Source of the DNA: an uncultured Candidatus Rokubacteria bacterium
Lineage (GTDB): Bacteria > Methylomirabilota > Methylomirabilia > Rokubacteriales > CSP1-6
DNA: 64,000 nt
NCBI GenBank assembly: GCA_963789955.1
Contig: CAWBMV010000022.1
Span: 128,001-192,000, forward strand
Direction of reading: 5' to 3'
This document shows, one piece after another, positions 11,349-21,130 of the stretch. Made by a program: the position numbers and the translations under genes. The notes beneath the pieces were generated by a model. The model was given only the letters and a program-made list of their open reading frames with translations, ran no database searches and was not told the DNA's origin. Every line of letters begins with the position of its first letter. Positions within the stretch are counted from its first letter, which is position 1.

Positions 11349-11994
11349 CGAGCGGGCGCGAGCAGCAGATCAGCGTGTTCTCGCCGGTGCGCCGCACGCG
11401 GCGAATCTTCACGTCGCGGAAGTAGAGCCGCAAGGTCCGCGCCATCGGCTTGGGATCGCCGTGCCGGTGACGGTTGATCACCAGCGATCCCCGCGGCGTC
11501 ACCAGCGGCACCATCGCCAGGAGCTTCGGCAGCGCCACCTCCGGCTCGTCGGCGTAGGTGACGTCCTCCATCACGTAGTCGAACTGCCGTCCGGCCCGCG
11601 CGAGCCCGGTGATCGCCGTCTCGGCGTCGGCGCAGACGATCTCGAGCTTCCCGATCCGATCCAGCCCGAACCACTCGCTGGCGACGCGCACGATGACGGG
11701 GTCGCGCTCGATCACGGTGATCTGTCGCGGAGCGGCGAGCCGATGGAGCAGATGAATCTGGGTCCCGCCACCGAGCCCGATCAGGAGCGCGGACGGCCGC
11801 CGCGGCAGCTCGATGAACGCGAGCGCCTTCCACCAGTACTCGCGCCGCACGCGCGTCCAGTTCCCGTCGAGCGGATAGATCGAAAGAATCTCGCCGTGAA
11901 CCATGAGCTGGCGCTCTTTGCCGCGGTCGACGACTCGAATCTTGCCCGACAGACGCGACCAGCCTCGGAAAGCGATTCGCGGCCGCTCGATCAC
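11326..11994 (-). CDS. Spermidine-synthase-like SAM-dependent methyltransferase
   Basis: [32 protein letters not shown]. Confidence 0.75.
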   Translation of the reverse strand: MIERPRIAFRGWSRLSGKIRVVDRGKERQLMVHGEILSIYPLDGNWTRVRREYWWKALAFIELPRRPSALLIGLGGGTQIHLLHRLAAPRQITVIERDPVIVRVASEWFGLDRIGKLEIVCADAETAITGLARAGRQFDYVMEDVTYADEPEVALPKLLAMVPLVTPRGSLVINRHRHGDPKPMARTLRLYFRDVKIRRVRRTGENTLICCSRPLVSRAADA

Positions 11995-12090
11995 ACGGAG
12001 CGGCGCATGGTGGGCAGACCGATCGATCGCGCCGGGCTCGGGAGCTCCGGCCGGTGTGGAGCTTTCTACGCCGACGCGTGTCGTATCTGA

Positions 12091-12330
12091 ATCGCTCGCC
12101 TCGGCCGGCGGGGCCCCAGCCCCGCGACGCTCTGCGGCTCGCGGTTGATCGGATCGCTCGCCTCGATCGGCGGGGCCCCAGCCCCGCGACGCTCTGCGGC
12201 TCGCGGTTGATCGGGATCGCTCGCCTCGATCGGCGGGGCCCCAGCCCCGCGACGCTCTGCGGCTCGCGGTTGATCGGGATCGCTCGCCTCGATCGGCGGG
12301 GCCCCAGCCCCGCGACGCTCTGCGGCTCGC
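12091..12330. repeat. Tandem array of four 62-63 bp units (REP/BIME-like)
   Basis: Units start at 12091, 12153, 12216 and 12279; core gctcgcctcgatcggcggggccccagccccgcgacgctctgcggctcgc with internal hairpin gcggggc-ccca-gccccgc. Confidence 0.95.
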
Positions 12331-12331
12331 A

Positions 12332-13100
12332 CTACCGGGGCTGCATCCGGATCGCGCCGTCGAGGCGAATGGTTTCGCCGTTCAGCATCGAATTCTCGAT
12401 GATGTGCGCCGCCAGGGCGGCGAATTCGGGCGGCCGGCCGAGGCGCTGCGGGAACGGCACCTGCTTGCCGAGTGAAACGCGGATCGGATCGGGCAGGGTG
12501 GCCAGGAGCGGCGTGTCGAAGATCCCGGGTGCGATCGTCACGACGCGAATGCCGAGCTCGGCGAGATCACGCGCGACCGGCAAGGTCATGCCGACGATGC
12601 CGCCCTTCGAAGCGGAGTACGCGGCCTGGCCGATCTGACCATCGAAGGCCGCGACCGAGGCGGTGTTGATCACGACGCCTCGCTCGCCTTCGGGACCGGG
12701 AGCGTTCTTGGCCATGAGCGCGGCGGTGAGGCGGATGCAGTTGAAGGTTCCGATGAGGTTCACCTGGATGACGCGGGTGAATTCTTCGAGCTTCGCCGGG
12801 CCTGATTTGCCGACGGTCTTCATCGCGGTGCCGATGCCGGCGCAGTTGACGAGCACGTTGATGCCGCCGAGCCGGTCACCGGCGGTCTGGAGAGCCGCGC
12901 TCACCTCGTCGGCGTTCGTGACGTCGGCGGGGGTGAAGATCGCGCGCTGGCCCATGGCTTTTGCGGTTTCGGCGCCCGGCGACGCCGGACGGTCGAGCAA
13001 TGCGACGGTGGCCGCCAGCCGCGAGGAGACGTTCGGCAGTGGCGCGCCCGAGCCCCGAAGCGCCTCCGGTCACGACGGCTTTCACGCTGCGAAGTTCCAT
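12332..13100 (-). CDS. 3-hydroxyacyl-CoA dehydrogenase type 2-like SDR; frame break near 13015
   Basis: [47 protein letters not shown]. Confidence 0.92.
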
Positions 13101-13233
13101 TGGCTCCTCCTGGGCTCGCATTCTAGCCGATCGCGTCTGTCCGGGCTGATCCCCACTATCTAGTGGCGTTTTCCCGCTCGTTCCCCTACATCTTCGTCTT
13201 GCCTGATACTCGTCATGTGATTAGCATTTCGGC

Positions 13234-13794
13234 ATGGGCGACCGCCTGGCGCCGATTCGAGGCGAGATCACCGAGATCGTCGGCGGGCTCTCGTCCGGTC
13301 GCACCAGCCATCTGCTCGCGTGTCTGGGCGAGGTCGTGGACCGAGGCGAGACCGCGGCGCTCGTCGACACCGAGGAGATCTTCGACCCGGGATCGGCCGC
13401 GTCGGCCGGAATGGACCTCCGCCGTCTCCTGTGGGTTCGTTGTGGAAGCAATCGTGAGGTGGCGCTTCGCGCCGCCGACATGCTCGTTCGCTGTCCGGGA
13501 TTCGCGCTGGTCGCGCTGGATCTGGGCGAGCGGGTGCCACGCCTGACGACGACCATGGCGTTTCGGCTGAAGTTCGCGGTGCGGCGAACCGACGTCGCCC
13601 TGCTGATCGTCGGTCGTCGCCGTCTCACCGGAGCGAGCGCGGCGCTGGCCGTCGAGACGCTCCGAGAGGGGATCGAGTGGGCCGGGCCGGGGGCCGCCCC
13701 CACGCGGCTCGCGCGCGTACGCACGACGACGCGTGTGCTCCGTGCTCGCGGCGGCGCGCCCGGACGGCAACCGTCGAGCTGGTGGAGCGCGTGA
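13234..13794 (+). CDS. imuA: ImuA, RecA-like mutasome accessory protein
   Basis: GEITEIVGGLSSGRTS, AALVD, GMDLRRLLWVR; directly upstream of imuB-dnaE2; TAGCAT 6 nt before the ATG. Confidence 0.8.
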   Translation: MGDRLAPIRGEITEIVGGLSSGRTSHLLACLGEVVDRGETAALVDTEEIFDPGSAASAGMDLRRLLWVRCGSNREVALRAADMLVRCPGFALVALDLGERVPRLTTTMAFRLKFAVRRTDVALLIVGRRRLTGASAALAVETLREGIEWAGPGAAPTRLARVRTTTRVLRARGGAPGRQPSSWWSA

Positions 13795-15314
13795 GCCGGT
13801 TCGCGTGCATCCTGGTCGAGCATTTCGACGCGGCAGCCGTCGAGCGGTGCGAGCCCGCGCTCCGCGAGCGCCCGCTGGCGATTCTCAATCCCCGGGTCGA
13901 TCGCCCGAACGTCGGGCGCGCCGGCGCTCCGACGGCCAGGATCATGACGACCATCGAGGCGAACGTCGCCGCCCGCGAGCAAGGCGTGCGCCCGGGCATG
14001 ACCGAGACAGAAGCGCGGGCCCGCTGCCCGATGCTGGTCACGCGGCCGCGGGTCGAGGAACACGTCGCGTCGGCGCGTCACGCGCTGCTCGAGGCCGCGC
14101 TGGCCGTTTCGCCACGGATCGAGGACGGCGGAGCGGGGCTCGCGTACATCGATACGGTCGGGCTCGAGCGGCTCATCGGCGATCCCGCGACGATCGGACG
14201 ACGTCTCGTGCATCAGGTGCGAGCCATCGGGCTGATCCCGCGCATCGGGCTCGCGGCGAGCCGCACCGCCGCGCGGATGGCCGCGTCGACGGGATCGGGA
14301 GCGGTGACCGTCATTCCGCCCGGACACGAGCGCGCGATGCTCACGAGGATTTCCATCGCCGCACTCGATCTTGCTCCGGATTTCACGGCGACGCTCGGAC
14401 GCTGGGGAGTCCGGACGCTCGGCGAGCTGGCCGCGCTGCCTCGCGAAGGCCTGGCCGCGCGCCTGGGACCGGCCGGACTCCGCGCTCACGATCTGGCGCT
14501 CGGTCTCGACCGCGATCCATTTCGTCCGTGGACGCCGCCGCCGTTCTGGGAAGAAGCGCAGGGGCTCGAGTGGGAGATCGACTCGCTCGGCGTCCTCGCC
14601 GGGGTGCTCGAGACCGTGCTGGAGCGGCTCTGCCGGCGACTCACGGCGGTGTCGCTCGTCGCCGATTCGCTCGAGATCCGGCTCGGTCTCGCCTCCGGCG
14701 GTCATCATGCGCGAGACGTCTCGCTCGCGTACCCGATGAGCGAGGTCAAGCCGATGCTCACCTTGGCCGTCCTCGACCTCGAAGCGCATCCACCACCTGC
14801 GGCGGTGACGCGAGTCACGATCAGCGCCCATCCGATCCGTACTCGAGAGGGGCAGGGAGGGCTCTGGCAACCGCCCGCGCCTGCTCCTCGCGATCTGGTG
14901 ACGGTGCTCGCCCGCCTCGCGGCTCTCGTCGGCGCCGACAATCTGGGATCGCCCGTGTTGCTCGATTCGCACCGCTCCGATGCCTTCACGCTGTTCGCGT
15001 TTTCGCCGCCGAGCGATGCCGCAGCGGCCGGTCGCCGTGGCGAAGAGTCCCCCCAGGCTGGGCGGCGGCTCGCGCTGCGAAGGATGCGGCCGGCGCGGCG
15101 CGTGGAGGTCGAGATCGCGGGCGAGCGCCCGGTGCGCGTGGAGTCGCGATCCGTCATGGCCTCCGCCGGTCCATGGCGAGGGTCAGGCGAGTGGTGGGAC
15201 CACCAGGCCTGGGCGCGCGACGAGTGGGACGTGGTGCTGGGTGACGGTGCGCTCTGCCGGCTCGTCCGCGATCGACTCGCGGGCCACTGGTATCTCGACG
15301 GCTTCTACGACTGA
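13791..15314 (+). CDS. imuB: ImuB, inactive Y-family polymerase homolog
   Basis: AREQGVRPGM, SPRIEDG, WGVRTLGELAALP, clamp-like QGGLW, C-terminal GPWRGSGEWW and RDEWDV; GTGA overlap with imuA. Confidence 0.88.
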   Translation: MSRFACILVEHFDAAAVERCEPALRERPLAILNPRVDRPNVGRAGAPTARIMTTIEANVAAREQGVRPGMTETEARARCPMLVTRPRVEEHVASARHALLEAALAVSPRIEDGGAGLAYIDTVGLERLIGDPATIGRRLVHQVRAIGLIPRIGLAASRTAARMAASTGSGAVTVIPPGHERAMLTRISIAALDLAPDFTATLGRWGVRTLGELAALPREGLAARLGPAGLRAHDLALGLDRDPFRPWTPPPFWEEAQGLEWEIDSLGVLAGVLETVLERLCRRLTAVSLVADSLEIRLGLASGGHHARDVSLAYPMSEVKPMLTLAVLDLEAHPPPAAVTRVTISAHPIRTREGQGGLWQPPAPAPRDLVTVLARLAALVGADNLGSPVLLDSHRSDAFTLFAFSPPSDAAAAGRRGEESPQAGRRLALRRMRPARRVEVEIAGERPVRVESRSVMASAGPWRGSGEWWDHQAWARDEWDVVLGDGALCRLVRDRLAGHWYLDGFYD

Positions 15315-15317
15315 TCC

Positions 15318-18300
15318 GTGTTCATCGAGCTGCACGCGCAGTCGGCGTTCTCGTTCCTCGAAGGCGCCGAGCATCCCGAGGCGTTCGCCGCCGAGGCCGC
15401 GCGCCTCGACATGCCCGCGATCGCCCTGGTGGACCGCGACGGCGTCTACGGCGCGGCCCGGCTGGCTCGCGCCGCCGCGACAGCGGGCGTGAAGCCGATC
15501 GTCGGCAGCGAGCTCACCTTGGCCGACGGCTCACGCCTTCCGCTGCTCGTGGAAGATCGCGAGGGCTACCAGAACCTGTGCCGCCTGATCACGCGGATGA
15601 AGCTCGGAGCCCCGAAAGGATCGGCGTCACTCGCCCTGGAACACCTCGAGCCGAGCACCGCGGGGCTGGTGTGTCTCACCGGCGGCGCACGCGGCCCGCT
15701 GGCGCTGAGGCTCGCCGCCGGTGACGACGACGGCGCCCGCCGGATCCTGGATCAGCTGGTCGCGCTCTTCGGGCGCTCGAGCTGCTTCGTCGAAGTGCAA
15801 CGCCAGTATTCGCGCGAGCAGGAACAGATGCTCCAGCGGCTGGTGACGCTCGCCCGCTCGGCCCGCGTGCCGCTGGTCGCGTCCAACCAGCCGCTCTTCG
15901 CGCGTCCCGAGGGGCGCCCGCTGGCCGACGTCTTCACCTGCATCCGCGAGAAGACCGATCTCGATCACGCCGGCCGCCGGCTCCTGGCGAACGGCGAGCG
16001 CTCGCTGAAGAGTGCTCACGCGATGACCGAGCTGTTCCGGGACTTGCCCGATGCCCTCGACAATACCGGCGAGCTCGCCCTGAGGCTCGCCTTCACCTTG
16101 AAGGACCTGGGATATCGGTTCCCGGAGTTCCCGCTTCCGCCCGGCCAGACTCCGCTGGGCTACCTGCGGGAGCTGACCGAGCGCGGCGTGCGGGCGCGCT
16201 ACGGCGAGGGCACGCTCGCCGCGCGCGCGCGGCACCAGGTCGCGCACGAGCTCGAGCTCATCGGCCGGCTCGACCTCGCGGGCTATTTCCTGATCGTCTG
16301 GGACATCGTCGAGCACTGCCGCACCCACGACATCCTGGTCCAGGGACGCGGCTCGGCGGCCAACAGCGCGGTCTGCTACGCGCTCGGGATCACGGCGGTG
16401 GACCCCGTCGGCATGGAGCTCTTGTTCGAACGATTCCTCAGCGAAGCGCGCGGCGAATGGCCCGATATCGATCTGGATCTCCCGAGCGGCGAGCGGCGTG
16501 AAGCGGTGATCCAGCACGTCTACCGTCGATACGGACGGCTCGGCGCGGGGATGACCGCCAACGTGATCACGTACCGAGGCCGGAGCGCGGCACGCGAGGT
16601 GGGCCAGGCGCTCGGGCTTCCGAGCGACATGCGCGATCGGCTCGCGAAGCTCGTCGCCAACTGGGGCTACCAGGATCCGGAGGAGCTCCTGACCAAGCAT
16701 CTGCCCGAGGCCGGCTGCGATCCGACCTCACCGCGCATCCGCCGCTTCGCCACGCTCTGGACGCGGATCCAGGATTTGCCGCGCCATCTCGGCCAGCACT
16801 CGGGCGGGATGGTGATCGCCGCGGGCCGGCTCGACGACGTCGTGCCCATCGAGCCCGCGACGATGCCGGGTCGGGTCGTCGTCCAGTGGGACAAGGACGA
16901 CTGCGCGGGGCTCGGCATCGTGAAGGTGGATCTCCTCGGGTTGGGAATGATGTCGGTGCTCCAGGATTCGCTGACCCTGGTGCGCGAGACGGGCGGCTCG
17001 GTCGATCTGGCGCAGCTGCCGCCGGATGATCCCGGCCGTGTACCGGAGCTTACAAGAGGCCGACACGATCGGCGTGTTCCAGGTCGAGAGCCGCGCCCAG
17101 ATGGCGACGCTCCCGCGCGTCCGGCCCGAGCGCTTCTACGACCTCGTCGTGCAGGTGGCGATCATCCGCCCCGGACCGATCGTGGGCGACATGGTGCATC
17201 CCTACATCCGACGCCGGCGCGGCCGCGAGCCCGTGACGTATGCGCATCCGAGCCTCGAGCCGATCCTCCGTCGCACGCTCGGCGTGCCGCTCTTCCAGGA
17301 GCAGCTCCTGAAGATGGCGATGGTGACCGCCGGATTCACGGCGACGGAGGCGGAGGAGCTGCGGCGTGCGTTCGGCTTCAAGCGGAGCGAGCGCCTCATG
17401 GCCGAGGTCGAGACGAAGCTGCGCGCGGGCATGGCGCGTCAGGGAATCCACGGCACCGCCGCCGAGGAGATCGTCCACGCGATCACCGCGTTCGCGCTCT
17501 ATGGTTTTCCTGAGTGTGTCGTCGGTGACACGCGGGTGATCGACGCCGATACCGGGCGCTGGGTGGCGATCGAGGACATCGTGAGCGGACGCGTCCGTGT
17601 CGAGAGCACCCTGGCGTGCGACGAGACACATGCGACTACGCAAGCGCCGCGTGCTCGCGGCGACGCCGAGCGGGCCCCGGATGGTCTTTCGCGTTCGCAC
17701 GGCCCTCGGCCGGGAGCTCATGGCGACAGCCGAGCATCCTCTACTCACGATGAGCGGATGGCGCGCACTTGCGAGTCTTCGTGTCGGCGACCACGTGGCA
17801 GCCGCGCGCGCGCTTCCTGCGCTTGGGCGACGGCGCTGGCCGCGGTACAAGCTCATCGTGCTCGCAGACCTCATCGCTGAAGGCAACCTCTGTCATCCCA
17901 CGACGTTCTATTTCTATACGACCGATCCGCGGCACCGTGACGAGTTCGTGGACGCCGTGCAATGTTTTTCCAATACGCGCGCGACCATCGCGCGCCATCG
18001 GAACTGCTACAGCGTGCACGTCCGCCGCAACGGGGAAGCGGGCCGGATCGGAGCTGTTGAATGGGCGCGGGCACTCGGAATCTGGGGCGCGAACGCGCGT
18101 GCGAAGCGCTTCCCGGCGGAGGTATTCGAGCTTCGCGCGCCGGATCTTGCGTTGCTGCTCGCTCGCCTCTGGGAGGGCGATGGCTCGCTGTCGTCGTCGA
18201 GTCATGCGTCGTACGACACGGCCTCCCGTCGTCTGGCGATCGAAGTCCAGCATCTCCTTTTGCGACTCGGGATCGTGTCGAGGCTTTACACTCGCTCACA

Positions 18301-19696
18301 CCTGTACCGGGAGCGCCGCGTCACCAGCTTCGTCGTCACGATCACCGGCCAGGAGAACTTGAAGTGGTTCTACCGACGCATCGCCTGCCGTTTCCTTGAC
18401 CAACGTAAGCGGCTGAAGGCGAGAGTCCTCGTGCGGGAGGCTGCTCAGCGACGGGCCTCCCGTGATGTCGTTCCGGTCGCAGTCAAAGCTCTCATCGATC
18501 GTGAGCGGCAGCATCGAAGGGTGACCTGGCATGAGGTAGGACATGGAGCCGGCGTCTCACTGCGGGCGCTGGTCTCTCCAGATACTTCGAAGCGCGGATA
18601 TCGTCGCTGGGTGATCGGCCGATTGGCCGGGTACTTTGACTCGCCCGATTTGGCTCGCCTGGCCGAATCGGACCTCTACTGGGATCGAATCCTGGCGATC
18701 GACGCGCTCGAAGTCCGGGAGACGTACGATCTCCACATCGAAGGCGAGCATAACTTTCTCGCGAACGACCTGGTCGTCCACAACTCACACGCCTCCAGCT
18801 TCGCGCTGCTCGCCTACGCGAGCGCGTATCTGCGCGTCCACCACTCGGCGGCGTTCTACGCGGCGCTGCTCAACAACCAGCCGATGGGGTTCTATCACCC
18901 GGCGACCATCGTGAAGGACGCGCAGCGACACGGGCTGCGTATCCTGCCGATCGATGTCACGCGCTCGCAGTGGCTGTGCACGATCGAGCCGACCGACCGC
19001 GGCGACCCGGCGATGCGGATGGGCTTACGGTACGTCCGAGGACTGCGCGAGCGGGTGGGCCGCGCGATCGTCGAGGCGCGCGAGGCGCGCGCATTCGGCT
19101 CGACCCACGATCTCGCTCGCCGCGCTCAGCTCGACCGTGACGAGCTGGAGACCCTCGCGGCCATCGGAGCGCTGGCCCCTCTCGGCGGCACACGCCGGAC
19201 GAATCTCTGGACGGTGGCGGCGCCGCATCCCGGACCGTTGTTCGCGGATCCGCCACGCGAGCCGAGCCCACTGAGCGACATGACCGACGTCGAGCGGCTC
19301 GCCGCCGACTACGCCGGCACCAGCGTGACGCTCGGGCGCCATCCGATGGCGTTGCGCCGCGCGGCGCTCCGGACCCGCGGCGTGCTGAGCGCGCGGGAGC
19401 TCTCCGCGGTGCAGGACGGCGCGAAGGTCCAGGTGGCGGGGAGCGTCATCGTCCGCCAGCGTCCGGGCACCGCGAAGGGCTTCGTCTTCCTGTCCCTCGA
19501 GGACGAGACCGGGATCGCGAACGTGATCGTGACGCCGCCGATCTTCGCGCGGCATCGCCTGGCGCTGGTGTCCGAGCCCTATCTCCTGGTCGACGGGATC
19601 GCGCAGCGGCAAGACGGCGTCATCTCCGTGCGCGCGCGCCGTGCCCAGGGGCTTCCGGCGCTCGGTCACCACGTTCCGTCTCACGACTTCGGGTAA
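15318..19696 (+). CDS. dnaE2: Error-prone DNA polymerase DnaE2 (ImuC), intein-containing; frame breaks near 17035 and 17630
   Basis: ELHAQSAFSFLEGA, GRGSAANS, PDIDLD, RHLGQHSGG, YGFPE-intein-SHA, RQRPGTAKG, C-terminal SHDF motif. Confidence 0.95.
17515..18784 (+). mobile_element. Full-length intein with LAGLIDADG homing endonuclease, about 423 aa
   Basis: N-terminal CVVGDTRV; block B ATAEHPLLT; LADLIAEG, LWEGDGS, VQHLLLRLGI; C-terminal TYDLHIEGEHNFLANDLVVHN followed by Ser; interrupts the conserved GFPE|SHA. Confidence 0.95.
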
Positions 19697-19717
19697 GATG
19701 CAGCCCCGGAGGCATTC

Positions 19718-20476
19718 ATGTTCGATCTCAAGGGCAAAGTCGCGATCGTCACCGGTGGTAACGGCGGGATCGGCCTGGGCATGGCCCAGGGGCTCGCGAG
19801 CGCGGGCGCTCGCGTGGTCGTGGCCGCCCGCAACCAGACGAAGTCCGACGCGGCCGTGCGCGCGCTCGAGAAGCTCGGCGGCCAGCCGCTCTCGATCGCC
19901 GTCGATGTGGCGGACGAGGCGTCGGTCAATGCTCTGATCAAATCCACGGTCGACCGGTGCGGTCGTCTCGACATCCTCGTGAACAACGCGGGGACCAACG
20001 TCCGCAAGCAGCCCCAGGACTACACGCTCGCCGAGTGGCATCACGTCCTCGATACCAACTTGACCAGCGCCTTTCTGTGCTCGCGAGCGGCGTACGCGCC
20101 GATGAAGGCGGCCGGGGGCGGCAAGATCATCAACATCGGCTCGATGATGTCCATCTTCGGCGTCTCGTTCTCGCCCGCGTACGGTCCGAGCAAGGGCGGG
20201 CTGGTCCAGCTGACCAAGTCGCTCGCGACCGCCTGGGCCAAGGACAACATCCAGGTGAATGCCGTGCTTCCCGGGTGGATCGACACCGAGCTGACCCGGG
20301 GCGCGCGGCGCCAGGTCACCGAGCTCCACGACAACGTGCTCAGGCGCACTCCCGCCGGACGCTGGGGGACCCTCGAGGACATGGCCGGCGTCGCGGTGTT
20401 CCTGGCGAGCCCCGCCTCCGACTTCGTCACCGGTACCGCCATCCCGGTGGACGGCGGCTACTCCGTGCTCGGCTGA
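19718..20476 (+). CDS. SDR oxidoreductase (KduD/gluconate 5-dehydrogenase-like)
   Basis: TGGNGGIG, NNAG, YGPSKGG, NIQVNAVLPGW, PVDGGY. Confidence 0.9.
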   Translation: MFDLKGKVAIVTGGNGGIGLGMAQGLASAGARVVVAARNQTKSDAAVRALEKLGGQPLSIAVDVADEASVNALIKSTVDRCGRLDILVNNAGTNVRKQPQDYTLAEWHHVLDTNLTSAFLCSRAAYAPMKAAGGGKIINIGSMMSIFGVSFSPAYGPSKGGLVQLTKSLATAWAKDNIQVNAVLPGWIDTELTRGARRQVTELHDNVLRRTPAGRWGTLEDMAGVAVFLASPASDFVTGTAIPVDGGYSVLG

Positions 20477-20649
20477 CGACCGAATCCACGAGCCGAGCGG
20501 GCTGGACGCGAAATCACCGCTGGTACCATTTCGTCGATCCGCCGCAGCCGTGAGAATCCGCTGATTCTCGGACGCGAGAACGTCCTCGTCGAGGTGATTC
20601 GGGCCGAATTTCTTTGCGACGCTGCGGCGGCCCCTGCTAGGCTCCGAGC

Positions 20650-21054
20650 ATGAGCATTCAACGTACGCTCGCCGCGTTCCTCGTCCTCGCGCTCACGGCC
20701 GGATGCGCGACCACGTCGTCCAGGCCCGCTCGAAGCGAGTTCGAAGACATTCCGGTGCCGAAGGGGCTGACGTATCAGCCCAGCAAGTCCACGGTGATCG
20801 AATCGCCCTCGGTGAAGGCCGCGCGGCTCGTCTATCGCGGACGGCTGGAGGTCGACAGCCTCAGTGTCGCGATGCGGACCACCTTGGAGGCGAACGGCTG
20901 GCGCTCGGTCAGCAGCACCTCCACCGCGGACCATGGCATCACGCAGGTCTACGAGAAGTCGGGAAGCTCGCTCGAGGTTCACCTGATCGACGGCTGGTGG
21001 TACACGTTCGTCGAGCTGACGGCCAGCCGCGCGCAACAGCAAGCTACGAAGTAA
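20650..21054 (+). CDS. Putative lipoprotein
   Basis: Lipobox LTAGC after a hydrophobic signal; FEDIPVP. Confidence 0.75.
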   Translation: MSIQRTLAAFLVLALTAGCATTSSRPARSEFEDIPVPKGLTYQPSKSTVIESPSVKAARLVYRGRLEVDSLSVAMRTTLEANGWRSVSSTSTADHGITQVYEKSGSSLEVHLIDGWWYTFVELTASRAQQQATK

Positions 21055-21087
21055 GCCTCTCAGCGCCCGCGTAGCCGAAGGTCAGGG

Positions 21088-21115
21088 TCGGGGGAGGCGT
21101 CGACGCCTCCCCCGA
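21088..21115. terminator. Perfect 28-bp palindrome between convergent genes
   Basis: tcgggggaggcgtc|gacgcctcccccga. Confidence 0.65.
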
Positions 21116-21130
21116 TCCGGCCGCGAGCGG

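Noticed and set aside
12091..12330. CRISPR array
   Set aside because: The linkers between repeats are short and constant rather than unique spacers, and there are no cas genes
12054..12638. Repeat-containing proteins (also 53164-53815)
   Set aside because: These are translations of the DNA tandem arrays overlapping real genes on the opposite strand
13165..13230. LexA/SOS box upstream of imuA
   Set aside because: Only loosely spaced TTC repeats; no clean match to a LexA motif I can name
17026..17640. Split dnaE2 / split intein or programmed frameshift
   Set aside because: The breaks are single-base, have no new start or SD, and match the window-wide indel pattern
20539..20630. tRNA (including tRNA-Sec)
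   Set aside because: No TTCRA T-loop, no suitable anticodon arm and no CCA on either strand; kept only as an unknown structured element
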